Virus record (IMG/VR): IMGVR_UViG_3300047498_000007
Span: 1-62,890 of that record
Origin: a virus
DNA length: 62,890 nt
Reading direction: 5' to 3' (one strand)
Shown here: piece by piece, positions 37,463 through 46,767 of the stretch
Layout: the number at the start of each line of letters is the position of its first letter
Numbering within the stretch: the stretch's first letter is position 1
Position numbers and translations under genes: made by a program
The notes under the pieces: generated by a model
What the model was told of the DNA's origin: nothing
What the model saw: the letters and a program-made list of their open reading frames with translations, nothing else
Databases searched by the model: none

Positions 37463-38281
37463 TTATACACCCCATGACATTTGATCATAGCCTGGGCCAG
37501 ACCAGCCTTCTCTTTGGCTATAATATCCACCCGATCGAGCCGTTATCCAGTCTGGTTGATGATCTTGTGTATTAGATCCTTCATTCGCGTCACTAGCACG
37601 AGCACTCGCTATCATTCTATCAGCGATAGCGATTTGTCCTTGCATCAAAGGTAAATGAAGAGCGAGAGCCGGGACAAGAAAAGCTGCAAGAGCAGCTACG
37701 AAGGCCGCTTCCAATTGAGAGTCCCAGAAAGCAGGGTTTGGATTGTTAACGATGAATTGCAACATGGCATTACGCTGATTTGTGAAAATCAAATTTAATG
37801 GATTGCCATTTTTGTCTATTCCCGTTCCTACTTCAAAAGGAATTTGACCAATACCAAAAAACCACGATCTTCCTTGATTGCCAGTAGGAAAAATAGGCAC
37901 TCCTGTATTCTGCGGAGGACAATAAGGAATAATCGCTCTAGCTTTCAAACAATTCACTGGCTCTTGATAAGCATACAGCCAATTGCCTGGCGGCGTTGGC
38001 AATGTTGTTCCATTGGGGTTTTCTGGGGTCCCAACAGCAGCAGCCAAAAGAGATAGGGGAGGGAAATTTAAACTAGGTTGACTGCCATAGCCGGTTTGTG
38101 CCCGAAGGCAATTCCACCAGCTGGTGCGTGCAAGCTGAGTAAAAGTCGGAATAAAAAGTAGAGAACAGGCATCGCCCTGTGTGGTGTTATCGCTTGGCAA
38201 TATCGACGTAACTGAAGCTTGGCTACCAATGGCAGAAAGCGCCCGGTTAGATAAACTGATTTGAGAAGAGGTTGAGACCAT
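37463..38281 (-). CDS. tail tubular protein A / adaptor-like protein (272 aa)
   Basis: The call rests on synteny (upstream of the nozzle gene) and the N-terminal pattern ISLSNRALSAIGSQ...CSLLF. Confidence 0.45.
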   Translation of the reverse strand: MVSTSSQISLSNRALSAIGSQASVTSILPSDNTTQGDACSLLFIPTFTQLARTSWWNCLRAQTGYGSQPSLNFPPLSLLAAAVGTPENPNGTTLPTPPGNWLYAYQEPVNCLKARAIIPYCPPQNTGVPIFPTGNQGRSWFFGIGQIPFEVGTGIDKNGNPLNLIFTNQRNAMLQFIVNNPNPAFWDSQLEAAFVAALAAFLVPALALHLPLMQGQIAIADRMIASARASDANEGSNTQDHQPDWITARSGGYYSQREGWSGPGYDQMSWGV

Positions 38282-38289
38282 AGGAGTTG

Positions 38290-38637
38290 TTACTCCTTAT
38301 AGCGTGGCCGTGGCCTTATTTTTTTGTCTTCTTCTTCGTTCTCTTCGTCTTCGCTTTCGACGCCTGCATGTGTAATTTGCAATTCTATTCTGCATTTCAT
38401 GCCATCTCCAGTATCGTTCTTACTGACAGACGTGACCTTACAAAGCGCGAACAAGTGAATGAAATCTCCAGGCTCACAATCGCCATCAAGATCTAATTTA
38501 TCGAGAGTTTCATTGTCGAGTGATAGACATAGACCATAAGGATATATCGACTGATCCCCAATAGAGACAGGATAAGCATTGTTATCCTTAATCATCTCTT
38601 CCCTAGTTCTAGCCATATCTTTTAGTTTAGGGAGCAT
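38290..38637 (-). CDS. hypothetical virion-module protein with acidic tail (115 aa)
   Basis: ORF ending in ESEDEENEEEDKK. Confidence 0.5.
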   Translation of the reverse strand: MLPKLKDMARTREEMIKDNNAYPVSIGDQSIYPYGLCLSLDNETLDKLDLDGDCEPGDFIHLFALCKVTSVSKNDTGDGMKCRIELQITHAGVESEDEENEEEDKKIRPRPRYKE

Positions 38638-38647
38638 TAGCTACCCC

Positions 38648-39181
38648 TTATGTATCGGCTGTGGAGAACGGAGTTGCCGCTGTTCCAGTTGACTTTGACA
38701 TACCTTTAACAGCCCAAGTATTAGCGGCTATATCTTGAAATTCAAACCAATCACCTTGGAATCCACCCGTTGTTGTTCCATTAAGTTGAAGAGAACAATA
38801 AGATGAAGAAATAGCAGCATACCAACCAGTGCATGTTCCGGTATCTTCAGTAATGATAATGCCTTCCAGGAAATCTGCTGTGCTTGCCGCTAAAACTTTA
38901 TGTGAATTGCTCGTGACGGTTGTTGTAACAAAAGCTTTTATGGTTGCGCCAGTGCCAGTGGCGGCCGGTAATGTTAAAGTAGATCCAGAAGCTGTATTTA
39001 ATAAATAACTTTTACCAGCACTAGCCGTTACGGAGGCACCGGCAGCTATAGGGGCATTTGGATTCGCACTTGACAAAGCAGCAATTTGACCAGTCGTGAA
39101 TGTTTCTTGTTGTCCTGAAAGCTGCCCATTCTGAGCAACACCTTGAACTAAGACAATCTCATTACCTACGGGACCAGCCAT
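38648..39181 (-). CDS. virion-associated protein sharing an N-terminal module with 19307..19714 (177 aa)
   Basis: The N-terminus is MAGPVGNEIVLVQGVAQNGQLSGQQETFTTGQIAALSS. Confidence 0.5.
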   Translation of the reverse strand: MAGPVGNEIVLVQGVAQNGQLSGQQETFTTGQIAALSSANPNAPIAAGASVTASAGKSYLLNTASGSTLTLPAATGTGATIKAFVTTTVTSNSHKVLAASTADFLEGIIITEDTGTCTGWYAAISSSYCSLQLNGTTTGGFQGDWFEFQDIAANTWAVKGMSKSTGTAATPFSTADT

Positions 39182-39184
39182 TGT

Positions 39185-39583
39185 TTATTCCTTCTCTTTT
39201 TCAACTTTTTCAATTTTCTTTTCGCCATCACCAGAACCTTTTGATTCTTTGGACTCTGACTTTGAGGCTTCGGCAGTACCGCCACCTAATTCTTTTTCAT
39301 GTTTCTTATGAAGAGCTTTATGCTCTTCCACATGACGTTTATGCATTTCTGCCTTATCGCCATGCTTTCCACTATCATGAGTGTGATGTTCCATTTGATG
39401 AGCATGATGGAGATTCATACGCTCAACAGCATGTCTTGCTGTAGCGGAAACACCCTCTTCTTTTACGAGGCCGTCAGTATCATCATTAACTCGTTCTGAT
39501 TTTTTTTCAGTTGGCGTCATCTTGCCACTTTCTTCATCACGAGCAAGTGTAGGACTGTCTTTGTAGCGGTCTTTACGTGCCAT
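39185..39583 (-). CDS. His-rich, highly charged protein (132 aa)
   Basis: Twelve His fall within ~40 residues (LHHAHQMEHHTHDSGKHGDKAEMHKRHVEEHKALHKKH). The tail is rich in Lys/Glu. Confidence 0.55.
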   Translation of the reverse strand: MARKDRYKDSPTLARDEESGKMTPTEKKSERVNDDTDGLVKEEGVSATARHAVERMNLHHAHQMEHHTHDSGKHGDKAEMHKRHVEEHKALHKKHEKELGGGTAEASKSESKESKGSGDGEKKIEKVEKEKE

Positions 39584-39594
39584 GATTTATTCCT

Positions 39595-39762
39595 TTAATC
39601 GCTCTTAGAGCCATACATCTTTTTTCTCATGCCCAACATAGTCGGGGCTTTATTCATGCCTTCTTTGTCAGAAACGTCTTTATCTTTTTCCATATGCTTT
39701 TTATCAGACTCAGCATTTTTCATGGCCCCTTTACTAAATTTCTTTTTTGGCTTATCAGACAT
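39595..39762 (-). CDS. small Lys-rich protein (55 aa), below the ORF-track cutoff
   Basis: Translated by hand: MSDKPKKKFSKGAMKNAESDKKHMEKDKDVSDKEGMNKAPTMLGMRKKMYGSKSD. The ATG overlaps the upstream stop (ATGTCTGA). Confidence 0.4.
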   Translation of the reverse strand: MSDKPKKKFSKGAMKNAESDKKHMEKDKDVSDKEGMNKAPTMLGMRKKMYGSKSD

Positions 39763-40273
39763 CGGTTCTATCTACACCCTTGATACCTGTGTCCATTGAA
39801 GAATTAACAGCCTGACGGCCATCAACTGACAGAGGACCTGCAGTACCTGTGGTAGCAATATCAGCAGGAAGATCGAGTTGTTTAGCACGAGTAGGTCCTG
39901 TGCGCCTTTTACCAAGAATGTTTGGCTCTTCACGACCATTGAGTAGGGTGACTTTCTTACCTTCTTGTTTAGCCAACTCATAAGCATTTGAGAATGCTTC
40001 TGAAAGACTAATGTACATTTTACCTGTTGCAGCAGCAACTGCACGACCATGGCCGTCGAGTTTAAGAAGATATTTCTTCATAGCTGCTATGGCCATAGCG
40101 TTAAGAGGTTCCATTTCTTGGTTTGGTTCATCAGCCCAAGCAATAATAGATCCCTCTTCATAAAGCACATCATCGCAAAAGAATTTGCCTTCTTTAATAC
40201 GATAGACAGCAACATCTTGAGGAATAATAACCGGCTGAAAGTTACGACCTGGAGGTGCGTTAAATAACTGCAT
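39755..40273 (-). CDS. hypothetical head-module protein (172 aa; the ORF is open to 40321)
   Basis: ATG 40273 has AAGGAG 7 nt upstream and follows the upstream stop by 10 nt. Confidence 0.55.
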   Translation of the reverse strand: MQLFNAPPGRNFQPVIIPQDVAVYRIKEGKFFCDDVLYEEGSIIAWADEPNQEMEPLNAMAIAAMKKYLLKLDGHGRAVAAATGKMYISLSEAFSNAYELAKQEGKKVTLLNGREEPNILGKRRTGPTRAKQLDLPADIATTGTAGPLSVDGRQAVNSSMDTGIKGVDRTDV

Positions 40274-40283
40274 AATAAACTCC

Positions 40284-40808
40284 TTATACGCTGACGAAGT
40301 TGCTTCCATAAAGTGTTGCATCCTTCGTTAGAGGAGGATTGAGCAACAAGTTGGAAGTGAGAATTAATGAGATACTACCAGTTACCGTATAAACAAGTCG
40401 ATAAAAACGAGGAAGAGCCAAGCCAGGAGGAATTGGAGGAACCTGGAAAGTCAAAACCGCATTAACAAACAATTGAGTAGCACCAGTAAACGCAACACTT
40501 GAGAAAATTGTTACATATGTTCCAGGGGAATAAGATCCATTATCAGGAGCAGCCTGAAGAGCAACCGTAAGAGTACCGGTTACAGTCGTCGCGGTCGTGA
40601 TAATCACCTGAACTTCAGGGATTGCCATTCCGTCGCCTGCACCAATATCAATTCCCATCGCTGTGTTGACGCCATTGGAACCAATCATCGCAGGAGCATT
40701 ACCAGCGCCAGCTCCAGTTACATCGAAGACGTTCGTGGAGTTTGCTGTAGCGGTAACAGTCTGAGCACTTGAAAATTGTGCGCCAGAAGTAGTTTCTACG
40801 TAAGCCAT
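40284..40808 (-). CDS. putative capsid decoration/cement protein (174 aa)
   Basis: It lies immediately downstream of the major capsid gene. The composition is beta-rich in Thr/Ala/Gly. Confidence 0.35.
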   Translation of the reverse strand: MAYVETTSGAQFSSAQTVTATANSTNVFDVTGAGAGNAPAMIGSNGVNTAMGIDIGAGDGMAIPEVQVIITTATTVTGTLTVALQAAPDNGSYSPGTYVTIFSSVAFTGATQLFVNAVLTFQVPPIPPGLALPRFYRLVYTVTGSISLILTSNLLLNPPLTKDATLYGSNFVSV

Positions 40809-40820
40809 TTATTTTCTCCC

Positions 40821-41873
40821 TTATGAAATAGTAGTTTCCGTATTTACAAGCGCATCCACTAGCCTGCAAGGCACATCGCGCCACATCAATACAGGTTCAC
40901 CGGCATATTCTTTCATTCCGATAAGAACGTTCTTATCACGAATAGCTTGAATTTCTAGTGAAGTCTTTACTGTACGGTTCATGTACCAAGCTGGATTAAT
41001 ACCGGGCACTGGATCGCCAGGAGCATCAACTTCCATAATACCTGAAAGTCTGCGCGTTGCGGTAGGCAGTTTGTTAGCCGCAATTGCCATCAGAACATTC
41101 AGATCAGGAGGCGTTGTTCCCAAGAGACCAGCGGTTGTCGTATCAAGATTAGCGATACGAACATTGTATTGCCAGTTCTTAACAGCCAAACCAATTTTCC
41201 ATTCAAAGTACGAAGTGTAACCTTCATATCCGTTACCATTCGTGTCATATAATTCACGAACATCGCCCTTATCTTCGTAAACAAGTCCAGCTTGTGAACC
41301 TTTAGGAAAGATTGCGAATGTCGTATTGTCGCCCCAACCAACGAGCCACATAGAAGCATTAGCACTGGCAGATCCACCACCACTGATAACGTTCTTCGCA
41401 GTTTGTGCGGTCGAAGTTACGAGTGAATTGTAGTAAGGCGAGAAACCAGTAAACTGCTGTGGATTGACTGCTTCGTTCGAGTAGAACATCGCAGAAGCAA
41501 CCTGTTGGCTCAAACCTTCAATGTGTGACTGATCTTGAGTCCAACGGAACTTACCAACTTGACCATTCAATGTCGCTTCAGCTTTATCAACCTTGCTGTA
41601 GTCGGTCAACATACCGATGCTGAACTGGAATTGAGCAAAGAGAGGCTTACTGGAAGGAACGCCTTGGTTGTTCCCACGCCATACACCTTGTGGCAAACCA
41701 GCATTGACTGAAACTTTATGTCCAAGAGGCAAATTGCTTTCTTGGAAAATCATGTCTTTCAAGACATCGTTGCACTGAGCTAAAAGCCAAGCAATATCAG
41801 CTACTTCTCCGTCGGGGTCTATAACTCTCGCCCAATCTATAAGGTTAGGGTATACATTTGTCGAGAAGGCCAT
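40821..41873 (-). CDS. major capsid protein (350 aa)
   Basis: It follows the scaffold-like gene, and the size is typical for an HK97-fold MCP. The N-terminal pattern LAQCNDVLKDMIFQESNLPLGHKVSVNAGLPQGVWR resembles podovirus MCP families. Confidence 0.7.
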   Translation of the reverse strand: MAFSTNVYPNLIDWARVIDPDGEVADIAWLLAQCNDVLKDMIFQESNLPLGHKVSVNAGLPQGVWRGNNQGVPSSKPLFAQFQFSIGMLTDYSKVDKAEATLNGQVGKFRWTQDQSHIEGLSQQVASAMFYSNEAVNPQQFTGFSPYYNSLVTSTAQTAKNVISGGGSASANASMWLVGWGDNTTFAIFPKGSQAGLVYEDKGDVRELYDTNGNGYEGYTSYFEWKIGLAVKNWQYNVRIANLDTTTAGLLGTTPPDLNVLMAIAANKLPTATRRLSGIMEVDAPGDPVPGINPAWYMNRTVKTSLEIQAIRDKNVLIGMKEYAGEPVLMWRDVPCRLVDALVNTETTIS

Positions 41874-41898
41874 GACTTATTCTCCCTTACTGTTATGT

Positions 41899-42735
41899 TT
41901 ATTCTGTTTTTCCATATCTCTTCTGAATTTTGCTAATAGGGGCTTGCGGTCCCTTATTAGCAGGCACTGGTCCTCCCTCTTGTCTTACGACAGAGGCATT
42001 AGCGATAAGACGAATAAGAGCTGGATGATTGCCAATTCCTGTCGTCTTAAGAAAATTTCTCAATTCAGTTTTTTGCTCTGGATTACCACCGTAGGTCTCG
42101 ACAAATTGTCGGACAGACTGCGTTACGGTTTCTGCACGATTTCCACCAATTTCTGGATCTTTCTGAAATGACTCAAACCAATCTTTTTTGTCTTGGTTCC
42201 ATTTATCAACATATGCTTGTCTTAAAGCATTAATTTGTTCAATATTAAAATCTATGAGTTTCTGGCCAAGAGCTTCCATGGCTGTGTGTTCAACCTTTGA
42301 AGTCGTCTCGAACTCGCCAAAGATTTTATTGAATACGGAAAGTTTTTCTGGGTCGGCTTCGACTCCTTCAGGAAACTTCCAACCATCGTAGGATGGTAAT
42401 TGGACTGGTTCCGCAACTTCTGCCTTAACTTCAGTTTTAACTTCGCCTTCAGTCTTTACGTCAGCAGCCTTTACTTCAGTTTTGGCTTCAGCGGGTTTTA
42501 CCTCAACTGGTTTTGGAGGCTCTTCACCAAGAACTGATGTTTCAGCAACAACAGGAGCAGCTTTCGCTTCTACGACCGGAGTAGTGACAACAGGGGTTTC
42601 AACAACGGGTGAATTTACAACAGGAGAAACATTTTGTACTACAGGAGCTTCTGGCGCAGCAACAACAGGTGCTACAGGAGCAGCTACAGCAGGAGTGGCA
42701 GGAACCACTGGTGAATTTGTAATTTGATCAGCCAT
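41899..42735 (-). CDS. scaffolding protein (278 aa)
   Basis: It lies between the portal region and the MCP. The N-terminal half is a Pro/Val/Ala/Glu/Lys repeat and the C-terminal half is helical. Confidence 0.5.
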   Translation of the reverse strand: MADQITNSPVVPATPAVAAPVAPVVAAPEAPVVQNVSPVVNSPVVETPVVTTPVVEAKAAPVVAETSVLGEEPPKPVEVKPAEAKTEVKAADVKTEGEVKTEVKAEVAEPVQLPSYDGWKFPEGVEADPEKLSVFNKIFGEFETTSKVEHTAMEALGQKLIDFNIEQINALRQAYVDKWNQDKKDWFESFQKDPEIGGNRAETVTQSVRQFVETYGGNPEQKTELRNFLKTTGIGNHPALIRLIANASVVRQEGGPVPANKGPQAPISKIQKRYGKTE

Positions 42736-42760
42736 AGCGTTATTTTAATTAAAATAACTT

Positions 42761-42787
42761 TATAAAAACATCCCCATGAATGGGGAT
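42761..42787 (-). terminator. hairpin ATCCCCAT-(tc)-ATGGGGAT followed by GTTTTTAT on the minus strand
   Basis: Read from the sequence. It lies between the LuxR-type gene and the scaffold gene. Confidence 0.45.
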
Positions 42788-42791
42788 AAAA

Positions 42792-42998
42792 TCAAATGAC
42801 TATGAAGCCTCTGGTGATAGAAATTGTTATTGCTTGCATGGTATTGACAGCATCAAGTTTGAGCCGAACATTCTTCAAATGAGAGTGAACAGTTTCAAAT
42901 GAAATATCCAATAAATAGGCCACTTCTTTATAGTCTTTGCCCTTAGAAAGCAAAGTGACTATTTCTTTTTCTCTTGGTGTAAGACCGCGTTCACTCAT
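42792..42998 (-). CDS. LuxR/GerE-type HTH transcriptional regulator (68 aa)
   Basis: LTPREKEIVTLLSKGKDYKEVAYLLDISFETVHSHLKNVRLKL is a canonical GerE HTH. Confidence 0.85.
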   Translation of the reverse strand: MSERGLTPREKEIVTLLSKGKDYKEVAYLLDISFETVHSHLKNVRLKLDAVNTMQAITISITRGFIVI

Positions 42999-43339
42999 TA
43001 GATTTTAGCCTCTTGAATCATAAGCCAGTATGTCTCTGGAGCTGCTGCCATAATGTCGGCCTGCAAATCATGGCCTATCGATTGCCTGCCAGCATTAAAT
43101 GCCGTTGTGTCTGTTTGCCCGGCAATAAACGGAGTTGTGAAAACGCTGCATCGTCTTAAGTAATCATACATGAATGCCCGGCCTTGTGGTTGGGCCATAA
43201 TTGCTTGAACGACTTCTAACCTTTTTTTCTCTTTACTTTTAGATTTTTTCTTAGCTGCATTGACTGATTTTTTATCTGCAGCATTATAAGTAGGTTCAAT
43301 CTGCTCTTCGACAATTTCCTCTTCTTCATTCATCGACAT
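42998..43339 (-). CDS. hypothetical protein (113 aa), possibly Bbp19-like
   Basis: A Lys-rich stretch is followed by GRAFMYDYLRRCSVF...TAFNAGRQSIGHDL. The family assignment is only a vague recollection. Confidence 0.45.
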   Translation of the reverse strand: MSMNEEEEIVEEQIEPTYNAADKKSVNAAKKKSKSKEKKRLEVVQAIMAQPQGRAFMYDYLRRCSVFTTPFIAGQTDTTAFNAGRQSIGHDLQADIMAAAPETYWLMIQEAKI

Positions 43340-43571
43340 TCACCATTTCATAACAAGATGGCATTAACAGAAGAGTTTTAATTTTGTCGAGCAACCAATT
43401 TGCCTGAGCTTCGGTCATATCTGTATCAAGAAAAACTAAATCTCCGTTTTCTCTTTGAGATAATACCATGACATTCGTTAAATTTAAGTGGAATGCGACA
43501 CCGATAACATCTTTAACGGTTCTAAATTTCTGCGGAATACGTAATAATCTTGGAGAGGCATTATCATTCAT
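43326..43571 (-). CDS. hypothetical protein (81 aa)
   Basis: ORF overlapping both neighbours, in an operon context. Confidence 0.5.
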   Translation of the reverse strand: MNDNASPRLLRIPQKFRTVKDVIGVAFHLNLTNVMVLSQRENGDLVFLDTDMTEAQANWLLDKIKTLLLMPSCYEMVNVDE

Positions 43572-44029
43572 TGTTTAGTCGCCATATTTTCTTTGATTCT
43601 ATCTGTCAGAATTATAATTTCGCTTTCAGTCATTGGCCGTTTATTAGCGAGAGTGTTCCCATTTTCAAGCATTGCATCAAGCATCTTTGCAACAGCACTC
43701 CATGCCGCTGGAGCCTTAGCCGCGCTTCCCTTAACTGCCATGCCAACGCACTTGTCCTTCACAACAGAAAGAGTATTCCTCAAATAAATCCAATTAGGAT
43801 TTCTGAAATGATGGATGAGTTGGCCTGCTGCACCTTCAGCTTGAGATATTCCCGCAACGAATTCACCCAATAAGGTGGGTATGGATCTTTTCTTATCACT
43901 GTAAGCTTCAGCAATTTCTTTTGCACGAGAAGATGCTTTCTTTAATCCCCATTGAAAAGCCTGAAGAGAATCCCTTTGATTCATATGGATTGATGCTGCG
44001 GCTGTTTTTCCTTCAATAAAACTTGGCAT
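43568..44029 (-). CDS. hypothetical protein (153 aa)
   Basis: 1-nt overlap with the portal gene stop. In an operon context. Confidence 0.55.
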   Translation of the reverse strand: MPSFIEGKTAAASIHMNQRDSLQAFQWGLKKASSRAKEIAEAYSDKKRSIPTLLGEFVAGISQAEGAAGQLIHHFRNPNWIYLRNTLSVVKDKCVGMAVKGSAAKAPAAWSAVAKMLDAMLENGNTLANKRPMTESEIIILTDRIKENMATKQ

Positions 44030-45900
44030 TAATGAGCACTCCCACCTTGACCTAATATTTGAGAAAGGGCATCAGCTCCTCCTCCAATTTGTGTTTGAGA
44101 TAATGTCTGACCTGCTTGAGCACCGATATTTGCAGTTTGTGCAACATGCTGCATGGCTTGTAGTTTAGCGGTTGCCTGTGCAGCCTTCGCTTGCATATCA
44201 TTAATTTGTTTATATTGGTCGGGGCTACGAAGAATTTTTTGTTGATTACCGAGAAGATCATTCATTTCTCTAACATAAGCTTCTGGATCCATAATATTTT
44301 TAATCTCAGGCCATACAGGAACCATGTTGCCGATCAACGCGGCAAGACGTTCCAGGCCACCTGTCGCCGCTGCTTTCTGGCTCAAAGCAAGCATGGAAAT
44401 AAAATTTATATCTAAGGGAATGCCGCGAAGACTTTGAGGAGGAGGATCGATAAATCCCTTGCGTCTCATGATCCCAGATATGCGGCGTAATTTTTGTTTT
44501 AAAACTCCAAGCATGGATTCGATGACTGGTCCAAGCACCTGCAATTTTTCCAAGATCTTCTGCGATACTTCATATGCCGTCATACGATCGCCGGGTGCCT
44601 GTTCAAGCATTAAAAACAAATCGACAAATAAACCTGTTTTAATTCTTGCTTCTAATTGTTGAATGACTCCTGCCATTTCTTTCACTTCAGGATTAACTTC
44701 ATAAATACTTCTCATGCCAGTTCCAGCAGTTAATCCAGGAACATAAGTCACATGGCCGGGAAGAATTGATGATGGTTGATTGCGAAGTTTTTCATCAGCA
44801 AGAAGTGGAGGGCGAACTTGTTTTTCTATAGCCTCGTTAAGGCGTCTTGTCATTACTTGGAGTTGCATAACATCCGGTAGTATGTCCATGCCGGGAGAAC
44901 GGCCATAAGCATCATTACTCTGAACAGACCATCGAGATACAGTATGCGGTTGTTCATGGAATCCTCGCATTGAAAATGGTTTTGCTGAATTTTGACCCCA
45001 TAGCCAATAAACTTCTCTCCAAGTAAAACCACCAGGGACTACGCCGACAGCATGATCTCCGCTTTTACTTTTAATTCCAAAATTAGGTTCTATTGAATGA
45101 GCAATAATGCGTTCTTGTTCAAGACTACTTCCTTTTGCTTGCCACAACTCCTGAATATCAGGTGGACAATTTTTAGCTCCAAAGAAATCTACAATCTGAT
45201 TAATTGTATAAAGAAAACGACGATCGAGAGCATTATTTCTTCCTGTTGCTCCATTAGCTAAATAATACTCACCAATACAAGGATTATAACAACGAAATAT
45301 ATCTTCTTGATCTTCATAAATAATACTTGGGGCAGTACCAAAAATAAGAACATCTTCACATTCTTGAGCTAATGATTCATAAAAATTACTAGCCGCTAAG
45401 ACTGTGTACATACGATCTTCGTATTCATCCAACCATATTCTTCCTGCTGTATCTATTTCAGTACGAGAAATAGCTGGTCCGACTTTGAACCAAGGGCGTG
45501 AAGGACTCGCCAAACCAGAAACAAGACCACCCGCGCAAATACGCGCTGCATATGTTGCCGTAGGATCAATGATTGATTTATTGATTTCACGGCCACGATT
45601 CATACTATTTGGGCTAGGGATACCACCTGAATTTTGGGTCAACCATGTAGAACGTCTTGGTAAAATAAATTCTGCTAGATCAGACCAATTTTGTGACCAC
45701 CAAGATTGCCGCCAATTATACATGGCTGTTTGACGTGTTTCTAAATGACCACGCAATTCAGGCCAATCTTCATCGATTTTTTGTTTTTCTGTTTTTATAA
45801 AAGCTGGTTCATCAGCTAGTACGGATGGGCTTGCCATCTCATAGTGGACTATTGGATCTTTCTTTTTCCCTTGATCGTCTTTTAATTGTGGCTGTGCCAT
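44029..45900 (-). CDS. portal (head-tail connector) protein (623 aa)
   Basis: Size and position downstream of TerL fit a portal. The N-terminal block WRQSWWSQNWSDLAEFILPRRSTWL resembles podovirus connector proteins. Confidence 0.75.
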   Translation of the reverse strand: MAQPQLKDDQGKKKDPIVHYEMASPSVLADEPAFIKTEKQKIDEDWPELRGHLETRQTAMYNWRQSWWSQNWSDLAEFILPRRSTWLTQNSGGIPSPNSMNRGREINKSIIDPTATYAARICAGGLVSGLASPSRPWFKVGPAISRTEIDTAGRIWLDEYEDRMYTVLAASNFYESLAQECEDVLIFGTAPSIIYEDQEDIFRCYNPCIGEYYLANGATGRNNALDRRFLYTINQIVDFFGAKNCPPDIQELWQAKGSSLEQERIIAHSIEPNFGIKSKSGDHAVGVVPGGFTWREVYWLWGQNSAKPFSMRGFHEQPHTVSRWSVQSNDAYGRSPGMDILPDVMQLQVMTRRLNEAIEKQVRPPLLADEKLRNQPSSILPGHVTYVPGLTAGTGMRSIYEVNPEVKEMAGVIQQLEARIKTGLFVDLFLMLEQAPGDRMTAYEVSQKILEKLQVLGPVIESMLGVLKQKLRRISGIMRRKGFIDPPPQSLRGIPLDINFISMLALSQKAAATGGLERLAALIGNMVPVWPEIKNIMDPEAYVREMNDLLGNQQKILRSPDQYKQINDMQAKAAQATAKLQAMQHVAQTANIGAQAGQTLSQTQIGGGADALSQILGQGGSAH

Positions 45901-46052
45901 TAATGTTTCCTGCCAGGCTGGTGTTTAGCGAGATGATCTTTTTGTCTACCCGCTAAACGAGCTTTTTTCAAAATTCTCTGGATTCTACGTTTCTTGACAT
46001 GAGTACCGTCAGCAATAATCGCAGACCGAGCTGGTTGAACTGGATCGGTCAT
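45900..46052 (-). CDS. small basic protein (50 aa), below the ORF-track cutoff
   Basis: Translated by hand: MTDPVQPARSAIIADGTHVKKRRIQRILKKARLAGRQKDHLAKHQPGRKH. ATGA overlap upstream and TAATG overlap with the portal start. Confidence 0.45.
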   Translation of the reverse strand: MTDPVQPARSAIIADGTHVKKRRIQRILKKARLAGRQKDHLAKHQPGRKH

Positions 46053-46264
46053 ATCTCACATCCACTTTCAATGATAACAGCCGCTTCTCTTAGCATTTTG
46101 ACTATGCGTTCGACACCAATCTTATTAGTTTTACAAAATCTTACAAATTCTATTAAATCATTATCATCAACTTTTGATTTCGCACTACCATCTGGCCAAA
46201 TCTCGATACTTAGAACCTTTGGTTCAGATCCCATATCCCTCATGAATTTTGGTGAAACGCTCAT
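46049..46264 (-). CDS. hypothetical protein (71 aa)
   Basis: ORF in an operon context. Confidence 0.5.
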   Translation of the reverse strand: MSVSPKFMRDMGSEPKVLSIEIWPDGSAKSKVDDNDLIEFVRFCKTNKIGVERIVKMLREAAVIIESGCEI

Positions 46265-46269
46265 GGCGA

Positions 46270-46488
46270 TTAATCACCTAATACAGATGTCGTAGTCTGA
46301 GGTGGAGTTGTTAAACCTTGTGCGCCGGTTGGATTATTTGCACTTGCACCTAAAGCTGCCCCTGCCATTGCGCGTTGGCGACCCGCCGCTGCGTTCGCCG
46401 CAACGATAGGACTAGCCATAGTAGGACTTTGAGCTGCAGGTGGTACAGGTGGGATTGCAGGTGCGCTTGGTGAACCGCCAAAGCCCAT
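46270..46488 (-). CDS. Ala/Pro/Gly-rich low-complexity protein (72 aa)
   Basis: ORF in an operon context. The composition bias lowers confidence. Confidence 0.4.
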   Translation of the reverse strand: MGFGGSPSAPAIPPVPPAAQSPTMASPIVAANAAAGRQRAMAGAALGASANNPTGAQGLTTPPQTTTSVLGD

Positions 46489-46573
46489 TTTTACACTCCA
46501 TAGTAGTTTCCCACCAATGTTATATCAAGATGGAGTTTATTTCAAGATATTGTGTTAAAAAGCAAAAACTCAT

Positions 46574-46762
46574 CTATTTGGCGGTTTTATACCGTTTTGC
46601 AATCTTTTCTTTGGTTGTTTGTTTCTTGGTTATTCCTGCCTTGTCATCGGCTTTAGCAAAGTCTTTACCAACTGATTGAGGTACGCCAGCCTTCTTTGCA
46701 AACTCTGGTGAGTGAGCAACGGCTTCCATAAAGTTGTGTTGTTTCTTTGAAGTTGATGGCAT
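46574..46762 (-). CDS. DUF3008-like small protein (62 aa)
   Basis: MPSTSKKQHNFMEAVAHSPEFAKKAGVPQSVGKDF resembles the DUF3008 pattern. Confidence 0.5.
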   Translation of the reverse strand: MPSTSKKQHNFMEAVAHSPEFAKKAGVPQSVGKDFAKADDKAGITKKQTTKEKIAKRYKTAK

Positions 46763-46767
46763 TTTGA

